DNA of 64,000 nucleotides from sequence record MK799832.1. One strand, written 5' to 3'. The position numbers were made by a program, and so were the translations under genes. Positions within the stretch are counted from its first letter, which is position 1. Each line of letters opens with the position of its first letter. Below are positions 46,806 through 57,607 of this stretch, in pieces. The notes under the pieces were generated by a model that worked only from the letters and a program-made list of their open reading frames with translations, was not told the DNA's origin and made no database searches.

Positions 46806-48098
46806 TTGATCAAAATGCAGGAAGGTAATCTCCACAAGTGGTTCAAAGGATCCAAATCTAAAGATGGTAAAAGTGGTTGGGTTAATGTTGTGACAGGTGG
46901 TACCTGTGCAAGTGATGAACCTGGTGAGGGTACACCAAAGTGTGTTTCTTCATCTAAAAGAGCGAGTATGACTCCTGCAGAAAGAAAATCTGCTCAAAGA
47001 AGAAAGAAGGCTGCAGACCCCAATCAACAACAAAAGAGTGGTGCTGCAAAACCAACTTACGTTTCAACCGACAAACCTAAGAAGAAAATGAAAGAAGAAA
47101 CCTTTAACGAAGAGGATAAGAAGGGTAAGGGTTCGGGCAAGAAAGATGCTTGTTACCATAAGGTCAAGTCACGTTATTCCGTATGGCCTTCTGCATATGC
47201 TTCTGGGGCATTGGTAAAGTGTCGTAAGAAGGGTGCTAAAAACTGGGGTAGTTCAACCAAGAAAGAAGAGTTCTTGGCACTCCCTGAGTTCACAGAACTC
47301 CAAATCGATGCCATGAGAAAGAATGGTATTGAAGTAGAAGTTGTTGATGAAGCTTGTTGGAAAACCCACGAACAAAGAGGTATGAAGAAAAAGGGTAACC
47401 GTATGGTCCCTAACTGTGTACCAAAGGGAAGTGTGAGAGAACAAGTTATTGCAAAACTCAAAGGTGAACTTCCACTCAAAGATGCCATTGAGGAGTCAAC
47501 CAGAGTTCCAGCACAGACTGGCAATGTTTATGCTGTAGCATTTACCTGGAGAGGTAAGTATATGATGATGAAGCTCTTCTTCCCTGAAGTGAAGAAACCA
47601 TCAAGAAATGAAGTTCAGGATGCACTTGCAAAAGTCTATCCAGGTTGTATGGTTCAAAGATTTGACCTTACAACATTCCAACCTACAGATGCAGTTCTGA
47701 ATGTAGGTGTAAAAGAAGGGAGTGAGTTAAAGTATTGTCCAAAGTGTAAGAAGTTGGAAACTAGATCTGACTGTGCATATGGTGGTTCCTACTGGGATGA
47801 GAATGCTAAAGAAGTAAGCACTAATGATGATGGTTCTATGGAAGTCTCGGAAGGAGCAGCCTGGACTCGTAAAGAGGGACAAAACAAAGAGGGAGGATTA
47901 AATGAGAAGGGTCGTAAGTCCTACGAGAGAGATAACCCTGGCTCTGATTTAAAAGCACCATCAAAGAAAGTTGGTAATAAGAGAAGAGCATCTTTCTGTG
48001 CAAGAATGAAAGGTATGAAGAAGAAATTGACTTCTTCCAAAACTGCTAACGATCCCGATAGCAGAATCAATAAGTCCCTTAGAGCATGGAACTGTTGA
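46806..48098 (+). CDS. Multi-module basic/Cys-containing late protein, 430 aa (start probably ATG 46815)
   Basis: Short modules (GTCASD...PKCV, DACY...WPSAYASGALVKC, ACW...VPNCVP, GGLNEKGR...RRASFCARM...RAWNC) joined by Glu-containing linkers. Confidence 0.75.
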   Translation: MIKMQEGNLHKWFKGSKSKDGKSGWVNVVTGGTCASDEPGEGTPKCVSSSKRASMTPAERKSAQRRKKAADPNQQQKSGAAKPTYVSTDKPKKKMKEETFNEEDKKGKGSGKKDACYHKVKSRYSVWPSAYASGALVKCRKKGAKNWGSSTKKEEFLALPEFTELQIDAMRKNGIEVEVVDEACWKTHEQRGMKKKGNRMVPNCVPKGSVREQVIAKLKGELPLKDAIEESTRVPAQTGNVYAVAFTWRGKYMMMKLFFPEVKKPSRNEVQDALAKVYPGCMVQRFDLTTFQPTDAVLNVGVKEGSELKYCPKCKKLETRSDCAYGGSYWDENAKEVSTNDDGSMEVSEGAAWTRKEGQNKEGGLNEKGRKSYERDNPGSDLKAPSKKVGNKRRASFCARMKGMKKKLTSSKTANDPDSRINKSLRAWNC

Positions 48099-48099
48099 T

Positions 48100-48417
48100 A
48101 TGAAAAGTTTTCAAGATTTTCTTCAAGAAAGTGTCAATATTCAACATGTTGACACACTTATCGTAAATGGTTCCGATTCAAACACTCAAAGTGTAGGTGA
48201 AGAGTTTTCTGCAGATGTAATGTATCAAGGTAGTATTCATAGAATTTCTATGGTTACTGAAAATGGTATTCCATCAAGAAATCAACTTGCAGAGTTTCTT
48301 CAAGATGAGTATCCTGGTGCAATTGTTCAACAGATTTATGTGAGAGAAAACTCTGATAAATCAATAAAGATTAAAGACGATAAAAGGTATCATCCAGCAA
48401 AATTAGATTGGGTATAA
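48100..48417 (+). CDS. Hypothetical late protein with capsid-targeting-like N-terminus
   Basis: Starts MKSFQDFLQE. Confidence 0.7.
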   Translation: MKSFQDFLQESVNIQHVDTLIVNGSDSNTQSVGEEFSADVMYQGSIHRISMVTENGIPSRNQLAEFLQDEYPGAIVQQIYVRENSDKSIKIKDDKRYHPAKLDWV

Positions 48418-48420
48418 ATT

Positions 48421-49980
48421 ATGGCTCAGTGGAATAAGATTAATCAAGATTATCTAAACCAAGAAAGAAGTTTATTTGAAGTATACATGTGTGCCGACAG
48501 ATACGGCAACATTGATAACTGTGGTGGAACTGCAAGTGGAAGTGGTGCATTTGGAGAACAAATTGTCTCTCAAATTTATCCAATATTTCAACTTGATGCC
48601 ATATATGGTTTAAACTCAGATAGGTTTGAATTATTTACAAATGGGACTGGTATAACCACTTCTTCAACTCTCATGCAAGTTGAAAGTGGAACTGGTGCTT
48701 ATGGGTATGGTGTTATTCGTTCTAAAAGAGCAGTAAGATATCGTCCAGGACAAGGTGCTCTTGGAAGATTTACAGCACAGTTTTCTGGTATTGCAACAGG
48801 GTATACACAAAGAGCAGGTTTCTTCTCTCAAGAACAAGCACTTCAGGTCGGATACAGCACTGAAGGAAAGTTTGGTTTTTTAAGAGCAAATGGTGGTAAG
48901 GCACATATTCATAGATTTCTCATCACAACACCAGCGAGTGGTACAGAAAATATTACAGTAACACTTGCTGGAATTGCAACCACTGTTAGTATTGGTGCAG
49001 GAACATCAACTCAAAATGCAACTGGTATTGGAACACACACATATAATGGATGGATAGTTGATCGTCAAAATGGATATCTAGATTTCTTATCTACAACTGT
49101 TGGTCCATTATCAGGAACATTTTCAATCGTAAGTGATGGTGATCTTGTAGCAACAGGATCAACCTCTCAGGTAGGAGTAAATCAAACAAATGAATGGACA
49201 TACCAAGAAGATTGGAATCACGATACTTTAACTGGTGTTGGTGGAAGTACAAATCCATCTAATATGAAAATAGATCCAACAAAGTTAAATGTATATCAAA
49301 TTAATTATCGTTGGTTGGGTGTTGGTGAAATAAGACTAGCTGTTGAGAATCAACAAACTGGCGATATTATGCCTGTCCATCATGTGCATTATACTAACCA
49401 AAATAATAATGTCCACTTAGATAATCCATCACTCAAAATTGGTTATGTAGCTGCTGAATTAGATGGCAATACTGGTGCTGGTGTAACAGTATCTGGCGCA
49501 TCTATGATGGGTGCGATTGAAGGTCTTGTGAATACAACAACTAATCCAATCGCTGCCTTTAGATCAAAGACTGGTGGAATGAATACCACTAACATAAAAT
49601 ACCATCTTTTAAGTTTAAAGGGTAGTTTGATTGACAATAATAAAATTAATCAGAGAGAACTCTTAATCAAAAAAGTAAGTGCTCTAACAACAGCATCATC
49701 AACAGCACCTTGTTTTCTATACTTATATCTTGATGCTCCAACTGACAATCCTCTTGATTATGAACCTCTTGGAAATGCATCATCATATTCAAGATCTGAT
49801 GCTCAAATTATTGGTGGAGAACCAATAGCAGTATTTTGTGTCACAAACGGTGCTCCAGAAACAATTGATCTTGAGTCACTAAGAATTGTTTTACCACCAC
49901 AAAAAACACTTACAATGGCAATTTCTTCTGCTTCTAACCTACAAGTGGCAGAATGTGCTGTTACTTTTATTGAGGATTGA
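48421..49980 (+). CDS. Hypothetical structural protein, 519 aa
   Basis: Beta-rich Gly/Thr composition; late region just before gp17. Confidence 0.7.
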   Translation: MAQWNKINQDYLNQERSLFEVYMCADRYGNIDNCGGTASGSGAFGEQIVSQIYPIFQLDAIYGLNSDRFELFTNGTGITTSSTLMQVESGTGAYGYGVIRSKRAVRYRPGQGALGRFTAQFSGIATGYTQRAGFFSQEQALQVGYSTEGKFGFLRANGGKAHIHRFLITTPASGTENITVTLAGIATTVSIGAGTSTQNATGIGTHTYNGWIVDRQNGYLDFLSTTVGPLSGTFSIVSDGDLVATGSTSQVGVNQTNEWTYQEDWNHDTLTGVGGSTNPSNMKIDPTKLNVYQINYRWLGVGEIRLAVENQQTGDIMPVHHVHYTNQNNNVHLDNPSLKIGYVAAELDGNTGAGVTVSGASMMGAIEGLVNTTTNPIAAFRSKTGGMNTTNIKYHLLSLKGSLIDNNKINQRELLIKKVSALTTASSTAPCFLYLYLDAPTDNPLDYEPLGNASSYSRSDAQIIGGEPIAVFCVTNGAPETIDLESLRIVLPPQKTLTMAISSASNLQVAECAVTFIED

Positions 49981-49986
49981 TTTTTT

Positions 49987-51654
49987 ATGAGTAATGATGT
50001 ATATTTGGGTAATCCTCTTCTCAAGAAGGCGAATACCCCAATTGAGTTTACTAAAGAACAGATTGAGGAATACATTAAGTGTAAGGATGACCCAGTTTAC
50101 TTTGCACAAAACTATGTACAGATTGTGACCTTGGACCATGGTCTTCAACCATTTAAGACTTATGAATTCCAAGAAAAACTTATCAACAACTTCCACAACA
50201 ACAGATTTAACATCTGTAAAATGCCACGACAGACAGGTAAGTCCACTACTTGTGTATCTTATCTTTTACATTATGCTATTTTCAACGATAGTGTTAATAT
50301 TGGTATCCTAGCAAACAAAGCCACGACAGCTCGTGAATTGTTAGGTAGACTAGCAACAGCATATGAGAACCTTCCTAAATGGATGCAACAAGGTATTCTT
50401 GTATGGAACAAAGGTAACATTGAATTAGAAAATGGCTCAAAGATACTGGCTGCTTCTACGTCTGCAAGTGCTGTCCGAGGCATGTCGTTTAACATTCTCT
50501 TCCTCGACGAATTTGCGTTCGTTCCAAACCATATTGCAGATGCCTTCTTTGCCTCTGTTTATCCTACTATTACTTCTGGTAAATCAACGAAAGTAATTAT
50601 CGTCTCTACCCCACACGGTATGAATCATTTCTACCGTATGTGGCATGATGCCGAAAAAGGTAAGAATGAATATATACCAACAGACGTTCATTGGTCTGAA
50701 GTCCCTGGAAGGGACGAAGTCTGGAAAGAACAGACTATTAAGAACACGTCTGAACAACAATTCAAAATTGAGTTTGAGTGTGAGTTCCTTGGTTCTGTCG
50801 ATACACTGATTGCACCCAGTAAACTGAAAACTCTTGTATACGATAACCCAATCAAACAGAGTGCTGGATTAGATGTCCATGAAGAACCAAAATCAGACCA
50901 TGACTATGTGGTTACTGTTGATGTCGCTAGAGGTGTTGGAGAAGACTACTCTGCATTTATCGTCGCTGATATCACAACTTTTCCCCATAAGATAGTAGCA
51001 AAGTATCGTAATAATACCATCAAACCGATGTTGTTTCCCAACATTATTTGGGAGATTGCAAAGTCATATAACAATGCATTCATTCTATGTGAGGTCAATG
51101 ATATTGGAGACCAGATTGCTGCTATTCTTCAATATGACTTAGAATATCAGAACCTACTTATGTGTGCAATGAGAGGTAGAGCAGGTCAGGTTGTTGGTCA
51201 GGGTTTCTCTGGAACAAAAACCCAACTTGGTGTCAAGATGTCAAAGACTGTCAAGAAGGTTGGTGCACTTAACCTCAAGACAATGATTGAGGAGAATAAA
51301 CTCATATTCAATGACTATGAGATTATCTCAGAACTGACAACCTTTATCTCTAAAGGAAACTCATTCGAGGCAGAAGAAGGTTGTAATGATGACCTTGCAA
51401 TGTGTCTTGTCATCTATGCATGGTTAGTTGCTCAGGACTACTTCAAAGAGTTGACTGACCAGGACGTTAGAAAGAGATTATATGAGGAACAGAAGAACCA
51501 GATTGAACAAGACATGGCACCATTTGGTTTTATGAATGATGGTCTAGATGAAGGGTCTTTTGTTGACACAGATGGTGATAGGTGGTCTACAGCAAGTCCA
51601 TATGATGAGTATGGTACCAATGCTGGTGGATGGACACTTTGGACTAATTACTAA
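49987..51654 (+). CDS. gp17: Terminase large subunit gp17
   Basis: YLGNPLLKK start, Walker A PRQTGKST, Walker B ILFLDEFAF, nuclease VDVARG and NDDLAM motifs. Confidence 0.98.
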   Translation: MSNDVYLGNPLLKKANTPIEFTKEQIEEYIKCKDDPVYFAQNYVQIVTLDHGLQPFKTYEFQEKLINNFHNNRFNICKMPRQTGKSTTCVSYLLHYAIFNDSVNIGILANKATTARELLGRLATAYENLPKWMQQGILVWNKGNIELENGSKILAASTSASAVRGMSFNILFLDEFAFVPNHIADAFFASVYPTITSGKSTKVIIVSTPHGMNHFYRMWHDAEKGKNEYIPTDVHWSEVPGRDEVWKEQTIKNTSEQQFKIEFECEFLGSVDTLIAPSKLKTLVYDNPIKQSAGLDVHEEPKSDHDYVVTVDVARGVGEDYSAFIVADITTFPHKIVAKYRNNTIKPMLFPNIIWEIAKSYNNAFILCEVNDIGDQIAAILQYDLEYQNLLMCAMRGRAGQVVGQGFSGTKTQLGVKMSKTVKKVGALNLKTMIEENKLIFNDYEIISELTTFISKGNSFEAEEGCNDDLAMCLVIYAWLVAQDYFKELTDQDVRKRLYEEQKNQIEQDMAPFGFMNDGLDEGSFVDTDGDRWSTASPYDEYGTNAGGWTLWTNY

Positions 51655-51884
51655 TGGACCTTGACGAACAACTAGAACTCAATCACCTCTTTCTGACTGA
51701 TAGAAAGTGTAAGAATTGTGGTGAAGTCAAGAACCTTGTGGATGGTTTCTACAGAACAAGAAAAGATAGAGGAGCAGTCCCATCGTCGTATTCATACATC
51801 TGTAAGGAGTGTTTCATTGAAGGTGTCAAGGAAAGAAAGAAGGATAGATGTCCAAAGTCTCGGTGGGAATATCCAGATTGGTAG
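51654..51884 (+). CDS. Small CxxC...CxxC zinc-binding protein
   Basis: RKCKNCGEVK...FYRTRK...YICKEC. Confidence 0.7.
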   Translation: MDLDEQLELNHLFLTDRKCKNCGEVKNLVDGFYRTRKDRGAVPSSYSYICKECFIEGVKERKKDRCPKSRWEYPDW

Positions 51885-51965
51885 TTTACGTCATGTTTAC
51901 CCTCTCAAAACAGTCAAATTTCTAAATATTAGTAGTTAAACTGAGACCCATAGGAGAGAGAAAAC

Positions 51966-54395
51966 ATGGCTACTCCTCAATTATCTCCAGGAGTATTAGT
52001 CAGGGAAGTTGACTTAACTGTTGGAAGAGCTGAGAACGTTCTTGACAACATTGGTGCAATTGCTGGTCCATTCCCAATCGGACCTGTCAATGAGCCAATT
52101 ACTATTGAGACACAACAACAATTCCTGGATACTTTTGGTCAGCCAATTGGCACTGACAGACAGTATGAGTACTGGATGACAGGTAATTCATTCCTCTCTT
52201 ATGGTGGAATCCTCAAAGTTGTCAGAGTATCTGGCACAAGTCTGAACAACGGTAATGCAGGTGTTGGTGCAGCATCAACAACTGGTCTTCTTATCGAAAA
52301 TGTTGATGACTACGAACTCAACCATAGAAGCGACACAAGCTACTACTGGGCATCAAGAAACCCTGGTACATGGGCAAACAGCCTGAAGGTTTGTACCATC
52401 GATAACAAGTCTGACCAAATCGTCAGTGTTGCTACTACTAACCCTGGTGCATCAAACCTGGTTGTTGGTTACGGTGTATCTGCTGCTAGAAACAGCATAT
52501 CAATCCCTGAAGCTGGTGCAGTTAATTCTTTCTCTGGTCACCTCAAGGGTATCATCACAGGTGTTAACACTGACGCACAGAACGGTAACAGCACAATCGA
52601 AGTTAGAGTTCTTGAGAGAGTATTCCCAACCTCCGAAGATTATCTGACTATCGGTGTTACAACTACTTCTGCAACTGGAGCTGCTGGTACTACAATCGTT
52701 AGTGTAAACAGCACATCAGGTATTACAACTGGCAATTATTTCTTGGCTCCTGGTAGTGGTTCAATCGAAATTACTGGTTTCGTTGCTGACACTTCAGTCA
52801 CATTGTCTGCTGGTATTGCAGCTTCACTCCCAACTGTAGGTACAGCAGTTACCTTCCAGAACCTGGTTTCTACCGCTGGTACAGTTACTCCTGTTACTTA
52901 TCAACAGTACAACCAAGCAGCATCATTCGTTGAAGCTGACATTCTTAATGTTACCAACAATTCGGGAACGGCAAGTGGTACAGTTACCGCTGGCGCAGTT
53001 AAGGATTGGTACGGTGAACAGACACTGGGTCTTACCAACTCAACAGTTTACTGGAGAAACGTTGCAGAGAGACCTGTTGATAACCAGTATGTCACCTCTA
53101 GAGGTGGTAAGAATGATGGTATTCACGTCGTTGTTGTTGATGACACTGGAGACGTAACTGGTGTTCAGGGTAACATCCTTGAGACCTTCACATCTCTGTC
53201 TAAAGCACAAGACGCAGTCGCGGATGGCGACAATCCAACTAAGACCTACTATAAGGATTACATCGCACTGAACTCCAACTTCATCTTTGCTGGTTATAAC
53301 CCATCACAAGCTGAAGATACTTATTGGAATACACTTCCAACTGCATCTGGGTTCTCTACTAACTTCACTCCATATACCGTATCCGAAGGTCTCTGGGGTC
53401 AGGAAGCTTTAGCTACTAAGTTCTCCTCTATCGGTAATGTAAGTTACACACTCTTGGGTGGTGTTGACTACAGTGCTAACAAGGGTATGAGTGCTGACCT
53501 TTCTGACTTGGTAAATGGTTACCAACTGTTTGCTGATAAGGATGAGATTGCCGTTGACTACCTCCTCATGGGTCCAGGTCTTGCAGTCGAAAGTCAGTCA
53601 CAAGCAAAAGCTAACTATCTGATTTCTCTTGCAGAAGGTAGAAAGGATTGTATTGCAACTATCTCCCCACACAGAGATAACGTTGTTAATGTAACCAGCT
53701 CTGCTACTCAAACACAGAACGTACTTCAGTTCTATAGCCCATTGTCATCTTCGTCTTACGCGATCTTCGACACAGGTTATAAGTACACCTTCGACAGATT
53801 CAACAACCAATTCCGTTACATCCCAACTAACGGTGACGTTGCTGGTCTTTGTGTCAGAACTTCTATTGAAGCTTATCCATGGTTCTCACCTGCTGGTCTC
53901 CAGAGAGGAAACCTGAATAACGCAGTCAAGATGGCATATAACCCATCGAAGAATCAAAGAGATGAGCTCTACGGAGCAAGAATCAACTCCATCATTTCTC
54001 AGAGGGGTTCTGGTATTGTTCTCTTTGGTGATAAGACAGCTCTGGCTTACTCATCTGCGTTCGACAGAATCAACGTAAGAAGATTGTTCCTTACAGTAGA
54101 ACAAGCACTTGAGGGTGCTGCTAACTCACAACTCTTTGAACTCAATGATGACAACACGAGAGCTAATTTCGTGAACATTGTTGAACCATACCTCAGAGAT
54201 GTTCAGGCAAAGAGAGGTCTGTATGACTTCCTCGTAGTTTGTGACGAAACAAACAATACACCTGACATCATTGACAACAATGAGTTCAGAGCTGACATCT
54301 TCCTGAAGCCAACCAAGTCTATCAACTACATCACCCTGACATTCGTTGCCACCAGAACTGGTGTTGACTTCCAGGAAGTTGTAGGGACTGTTTGA
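51966..54395 (+). CDS. gp18: Tail sheath protein gp18
   Basis: QLSPGVLVREVDLT start; WFSPAGLQRG, GDKT...SAFDRINVRRLF and KPTKSINYITLTFVATRTG motifs. Confidence 0.97.
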   Translation: MATPQLSPGVLVREVDLTVGRAENVLDNIGAIAGPFPIGPVNEPITIETQQQFLDTFGQPIGTDRQYEYWMTGNSFLSYGGILKVVRVSGTSLNNGNAGVGAASTTGLLIENVDDYELNHRSDTSYYWASRNPGTWANSLKVCTIDNKSDQIVSVATTNPGASNLVVGYGVSAARNSISIPEAGAVNSFSGHLKGIITGVNTDAQNGNSTIEVRVLERVFPTSEDYLTIGVTTTSATGAAGTTIVSVNSTSGITTGNYFLAPGSGSIEITGFVADTSVTLSAGIAASLPTVGTAVTFQNLVSTAGTVTPVTYQQYNQAASFVEADILNVTNNSGTASGTVTAGAVKDWYGEQTLGLTNSTVYWRNVAERPVDNQYVTSRGGKNDGIHVVVVDDTGDVTGVQGNILETFTSLSKAQDAVADGDNPTKTYYKDYIALNSNFIFAGYNPSQAEDTYWNTLPTASGFSTNFTPYTVSEGLWGQEALATKFSSIGNVSYTLLGGVDYSANKGMSADLSDLVNGYQLFADKDEIAVDYLLMGPGLAVESQSQAKANYLISLAEGRKDCIATISPHRDNVVNVTSSATQTQNVLQFYSPLSSSSYAIFDTGYKYTFDRFNNQFRYIPTNGDVAGLCVRTSIEAYPWFSPAGLQRGNLNNAVKMAYNPSKNQRDELYGARINSIISQRGSGIVLFGDKTALAYSSAFDRINVRRLFLTVEQALEGAANSQLFELNDDNTRANFVNIVEPYLRDVQAKRGLYDFLVVCDETNNTPDIIDNNEFRADIFLKPTKSINYITLTFVATRTGVDFQEVVGTV

Positions 54396-54426
54396 TTATA
54401 GTAAATAATAAAAGGAGGATTTACCA

Positions 54427-55059
54427 ATGGCAGAAACAAAAACCCTATCACAATTTAAATCAAGACTGGCGGGCGGTGGGGCCCGCCCCAACCTATTCGA
54501 AGTCTCGATTCCTACCTTCCCATCAGCAATTGCTGATGCATGGGGTAGTGGTGATCAGTCAGAAAATGGAACTTTCAAGTTCCTCTGTAAGGCTGCACAA
54601 CTTCCTGCTTCAAACACCAGCTCTTTCCAAGTTCCTTTCAGAGGTAGAAATCTGAAGGTTGCTGGTGACAGAACGTTTGATGCATGGACAGTTACAATCA
54701 TCAATGATGAGGACTTCCAACTCAGAACTGCGTTTGAAAGATGGGCAAATACCATCAGTAAACTGGATGATGCAACTGGTGTTACCAACCCATCATCTTA
54801 CATGACTGATGCATATGTCACTCAACTGGGTAGAGGTGCTGAGAGATTTGCCACCACTAATGAAGGTGGTAACTCAGCAGTCCTGAGAACTTACAAGTTC
54901 TATGACATCTTCCCAACCAGAATTAGTGAGATTGCACTGAGCTATGACGACGGTGATCAACTCGAAACCTTCGATGTTGAATTCGATATTCAGTATTTCA
55001 CTATCGGCAATTCACTGCAGTCTACTGGTGGTAACGCTGGTGAAGTTCTGATTGAGTGA
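54427..55059 (+). CDS. gp19: Tail tube protein gp19
   Basis: GGGARPNLFEV, VPFRGRNLKVAGDRTFDAWTVTIINDEDF motifs. Confidence 0.97.
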   Translation: MAETKTLSQFKSRLAGGGARPNLFEVSIPTFPSAIADAWGSGDQSENGTFKFLCKAAQLPASNTSSFQVPFRGRNLKVAGDRTFDAWTVTIINDEDFQLRTAFERWANTISKLDDATGVTNPSSYMTDAYVTQLGRGAERFATTNEGGNSAVLRTYKFYDIFPTRISEIALSYDDGDQLETFDVEFDIQYFTIGNSLQSTGGNAGEVLIE

Positions 55060-55094
55060 TAAATAACTAGACAAGACAGTCTAGTTTAATCATA

Positions 55095-56777
55095 ATGGCC
55101 AGATTATTTGGTTTTTCAATTGAAGATAACGAAAAGACCCCTTCTGGCGTAGTCTCTCCGATCCCACCTTCTAATCAAGATGGATCTGAGAACTTCGCTA
55201 GTAGTGGGTTTTTTGGTAGTTATAACTTAGATATTGAGGGTCTCTACAAAAATGAGACCGATCTAATCAGAAGATATAGACAGATGGCACTCTATCCCGA
55301 GTGTGATAGTGCGATTGAAGATATTGTAAACGAAGCAATTGTAGCTGATACAAACGATTCACCTGTAAAGATTGAACTGTCCAATCTGAATGCAAGTGAT
55401 AAAATTAAAAAGATTGTAAGAGAAGAGTTTAGTTATATTCTCGAACTTCTTGACTTTGATAAGAAGGCACATGAGATTTTCCGTAACTGGTATATTGACG
55501 GAAGACTCTACTATAACAAGGTCATCGACCAAAAGAATCCTCAAGAAGGTATTCAAGAACTCCGATATATTGACGCATCTAAGATTAGATATGTCCGTAA
55601 GTTAAAGAAACAGGGTAAAGATAGTCTTCAACATGCAAGAGATGACTTTGGTGCATCAAACAATCTCGCATTTAACTTCCCAGAGGTAGAAGAGTTCTTC
55701 ATGTACACACCAGACATGGGAACATCCCGTGCTGGTTATGGTGGGAATCCACAAAAGGGTATCAAGATGACCCGTGATTCTGTCACCTATTGTACTTCTG
55801 GTTTGGTAGATAGAAACAAAGGACTCACATTGTCCTGGATGCATAAGGCAATCAAACCACTCAATCAGTTGATGATGATTGAGGATTCATTGGTTATCTA
55901 CAGACTTTCAAGAGCACCAGAACGTAGAATTTTCTACATTGACGTTGGTAATCTTCCTAAGGTAAAGGCAGAACAATACCTTCGTGATGTCATGATGCGT
56001 TATAGAAACAAGATGGTCTATGACGCAAACACTGGTGAGATGCGTGATGACAAGAAGTTTATGTCCATGATGGAAGACTTCTGGCTTCCTAGAAGAGAAG
56101 GTGGTCGTGGTACTGAGATTACTACACTTCCTGGTGGTCAAAACCTTGGTGAAATTACTGATATTAACTACTTCCAGAGAAAACTTTACAGAGCTCTGAA
56201 TGTTCCTGAGACTAGAATCGAAGGTGACACTGGTTTCTCAATGGGTCGTTCTTCTGAAATCTTGAGAGATGAAATCAAGTTCTCCAAGTTTGTTGGTAGA
56301 ATGAGAAAGAGATTCTCAGCAATGTTCAGTGACATGTTGAGAACACAATTGATTCTGAAGAATATTGTCACTCCTGAAGATTGGGAGTATATGGCAGATC
56401 ATATTCAGTATGACTTCCTGTATGACAATCATTTTGCAGAACTCAAGAATGCAGAACTCACTACCGAGAGATTGAACCTTGCTGCTCTTGCAGAACCTTA
56501 TGTTGGTAAGTATTACTCACAGGATTATGTAAGAAGAAATATTCTCCGTCAGACTGATGAAGAGATTATTGAACAGGATGAACTGATTGAAAAGGAAATT
56601 GAAAATGGTGTAATTCCTGATCCTAATGCGATGGTTGATCCAATGACAGGTATGCCACCTGCACCTGGTATGCCTCCTGCAGGGGGTGCACCAATTGATC
56701 CAATGCAGGCACCAACTTCACCTAAAGATCCAGAGGCTCCTGGTGCAACCAAGAATCCTCCTGGTGGTGAAATCTAA
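55095..56777 (+). CDS. gp20: Portal vertex protein gp20
   Basis: IYRLSRAPERRIFYIDVGNLPKVKAEQYL and EDFWLPRREGGRGTEITTLPGGQNLG motifs. Confidence 0.98.
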   Translation: MARLFGFSIEDNEKTPSGVVSPIPPSNQDGSENFASSGFFGSYNLDIEGLYKNETDLIRRYRQMALYPECDSAIEDIVNEAIVADTNDSPVKIELSNLNASDKIKKIVREEFSYILELLDFDKKAHEIFRNWYIDGRLYYNKVIDQKNPQEGIQELRYIDASKIRYVRKLKKQGKDSLQHARDDFGASNNLAFNFPEVEEFFMYTPDMGTSRAGYGGNPQKGIKMTRDSVTYCTSGLVDRNKGLTLSWMHKAIKPLNQLMMIEDSLVIYRLSRAPERRIFYIDVGNLPKVKAEQYLRDVMMRYRNKMVYDANTGEMRDDKKFMSMMEDFWLPRREGGRGTEITTLPGGQNLGEITDINYFQRKLYRALNVPETRIEGDTGFSMGRSSEILRDEIKFSKFVGRMRKRFSAMFSDMLRTQLILKNIVTPEDWEYMADHIQYDFLYDNHFAELKNAELTTERLNLAALAEPYVGKYYSQDYVRRNILRQTDEEIIEQDELIEKEIENGVIPDPNAMVDPMTGMPPAPGMPPAGGAPIDPMQAPTSPKDPEAPGATKNPPGGEI

Positions 56778-56803
56778 ATACAAATTGTAGATACATTATT
56801 TTT

Positions 56804-57022
56804 ATGGACGAACTTATGGATATGCTCGTCAGTCCCGACGAGTCTTCATCACAAATTAGTGATAAAATCAAGGATATCCTTTTTGCTAAAAGTGCAGAAA
56901 AGATTGAAGCAAACCGTCCCAACGTAGCAGCATCCATCTTTGATGCACCTGAAGTTGAGGCAGAAGAAGAGATCGAAACTGAAGCTTCTTATGGTGAAGC
57001 TGAAGAAGAGACCGAAGAATAA
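56804..57022 (+). CDS. Small acidic prohead-core-like protein
   Basis: 72 aa, Glu-rich tail, between gp20 and gp21. Confidence 0.65.
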   Translation: MDELMDMLVSPDESSSQISDKIKDILFAKSAEKIEANRPNVAASIFDAPEVEAEEEIETEASYGEAEEETEE

Positions 57023-57053
57023 TAAATAAGTATTATAGAACTATTGAAACATA

Positions 57054-57602
57054 ATGTCAGCTTCTAGACCCGTAGGGATCAATACTACATTAACCACTGG
57101 CACTGGTTCTACTCAATCTAGTGCAATTCAACAGCAATGCGATTCACTAAGGATTGTAGCAGAGAGTGCTGGTGTTTATGTCACGTATGGTGGAAACCCT
57201 ACTGCAACCAATGAGCATTTCTACGTACCTACTTTTGATACGGCAGAAATTTCTCTTGGTCCTGTATCAGCACAGAAAGTTGTTGGTATCACAACTGGTA
57301 CTACAACTACTATTGATTTCCCACAGGGAACTGGAAGCCCATTTGATGTAGGTGACATGGTTACACTTACAGTCTCAGGTCAGTCTAACTTTGACTTTGA
57401 GCATCAAGAAGTTACTGCTGTCAACAATACTTCTGGTGTTGGTGGTTATTTCAGCACAAGAATTACTGTTAACTATAACTCTAGTTCTGTTACCGATGTA
57501 TTTACATCACCTGACGCAACATTGAGAAAGTCTTTCAAAGTTGCAGTCAAGACAGAATCTGGAACAGGTAAGGCCTTTATCCAACAAGTACAAAGATCCT
57601 GA
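57054..57602 (+). CDS. Hypothetical structural protein, 182 aa
   Basis: ORF track; late promoter at 57022. Confidence 0.75.
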   Translation: MSASRPVGINTTLTTGTGSTQSSAIQQQCDSLRIVAESAGVYVTYGGNPTATNEHFYVPTFDTAEISLGPVSAQKVVGITTGTTTTIDFPQGTGSPFDVGDMVTLTVSGQSNFDFEHQEVTAVNNTSGVGGYFSTRITVNYNSSSVTDVFTSPDATLRKSFKVAVKTESGTGKAFIQQVQRS

Positions 57603-57607
57603 GAACA

